A stretch of DNA of 64,000 nucleotides from Blastocatellia bacterium. Lineage in GTDB: Bacteria > Acidobacteriota > Blastocatellia > UBA7656. The notes beneath the pieces are model-generated. The model did not search any database. It saw only the letters and a program-made list of their open reading frames with translations, and was not told the DNA's origin. This document shows positions 63,718-64,000 of the stretch, piece after piece. The DNA lies in assembly GCA_035575515.1 (NCBI GenBank), contig DATLXU010000127.1, positions 97,356 through 161,355 of the forward strand. The letters are read 5' to 3'. The translations under genes were made by a program, and so were the position numbers. Position 1 is the first letter of the stretch. Each line of letters begins with the position of its first letter.

Positions 63718-64000
63718 ATGGCTGACAAAACATCAAACGCATTGCCGGGTGATATTCAGGACTCTCGCTTGCGGCGTCGCTTCCGCAAGGGCGTCTTCGT
63801 AGTTCCGAGTCTGCTCACGACGGCAAACATCTTCTGCGGCTTTTATTCAATTATGGAATCGCTCGCAGGGACGCGCGCCATTGAAGGCGGGAATTTCACA
63901 GCCGCCGCAGACCACTTTGACCGCGCCGCGATCAATATAGGCTTTGCCGCGCTGTTTGACCTGCTTGATGGTCGCGTCGCGCGCATGACGAACGCGACGA
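63718..64000 (+). CDS. pssA: CDP-diacylglycerol--serine O-phosphatidyltransferase, 3'-truncated by the window edge
   Basis: CDP-alcohol phosphatidyltransferase motif DLLDGRVAR near the window end; follows psd. Confidence 0.7.
   Translation, partial: MADKTSNALPGDIQDSRLRRRFRKGVFVVPSLLTTANIFCGFYSIMESLAGTRAIEGGNFTAAADHFDRAAINIGFAALFDLLDGRVARMTNAT

Overview
High-GC bacterial chromosome segment, with gene content that looks Acidobacteria-like (an inference, not a database hit). From start to end: a lysine/aspartate-pathway cluster (dapB partial, lysC, asd, M20 deacylase), tdk, a TPR protein and ggt. Then a large K+ homeostasis island: a split KdpD (C-terminal TM+kinase half and N-terminal KdpD/Usp half encoded as separate genes at opposite ends), kdpE, a beta-barrel porin, kdpF, a decayed IS5-family element inserted between kdpF and kdpA, kdpABC and an extra HAMP/PAS histidine kinase. 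This is followed by a KimA-like APC-superfamily K+ transporter gene carrying two frameshifts. E. coli-type KdpE-box direct repeats sit upstream of both the porin-kdp operon and the KimA-like gene. Downstream: an SDR, an FTCD-like formiminotransferase-cyclodeaminase and an enoyl-CoA hydratase. Next is a CHRD-domain protein with an IPTL-CTERM-like sorting signal, followed by a short exosortase-family gene and a SEC-C-motif membrane protein. Then DUF969/DUF979 membrane proteins, an aquaporin, a di-heme cytochrome c peroxidase fused to a parallel beta-helix, a GIY-YIG domain ORF in a low-GC pocket, and two paralogous cytochrome c::PHM/DBH-like copper monooxygenase fusions. Also present are psuG, glgC, tRNA-His and tRNA-Met(CAT), a VanX-like dipeptidase, an M48 peptidase, two DinB-family genes, a JAMM protease next to a MoaD-MoaE fusion, tsaE, the frr-pyrH-tsf-rpsB and rpsI-rplM ribosomal clusters, an MFS transporter, psd and pssA (partial). 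Intergenic spacers throughout carry a distinctive family of imperfect palindromes built from tandem ~7-bp repeats. No CRISPR arrays or rRNA genes were seen. All homology calls rest on motif recognition by eye; no database searches were run.
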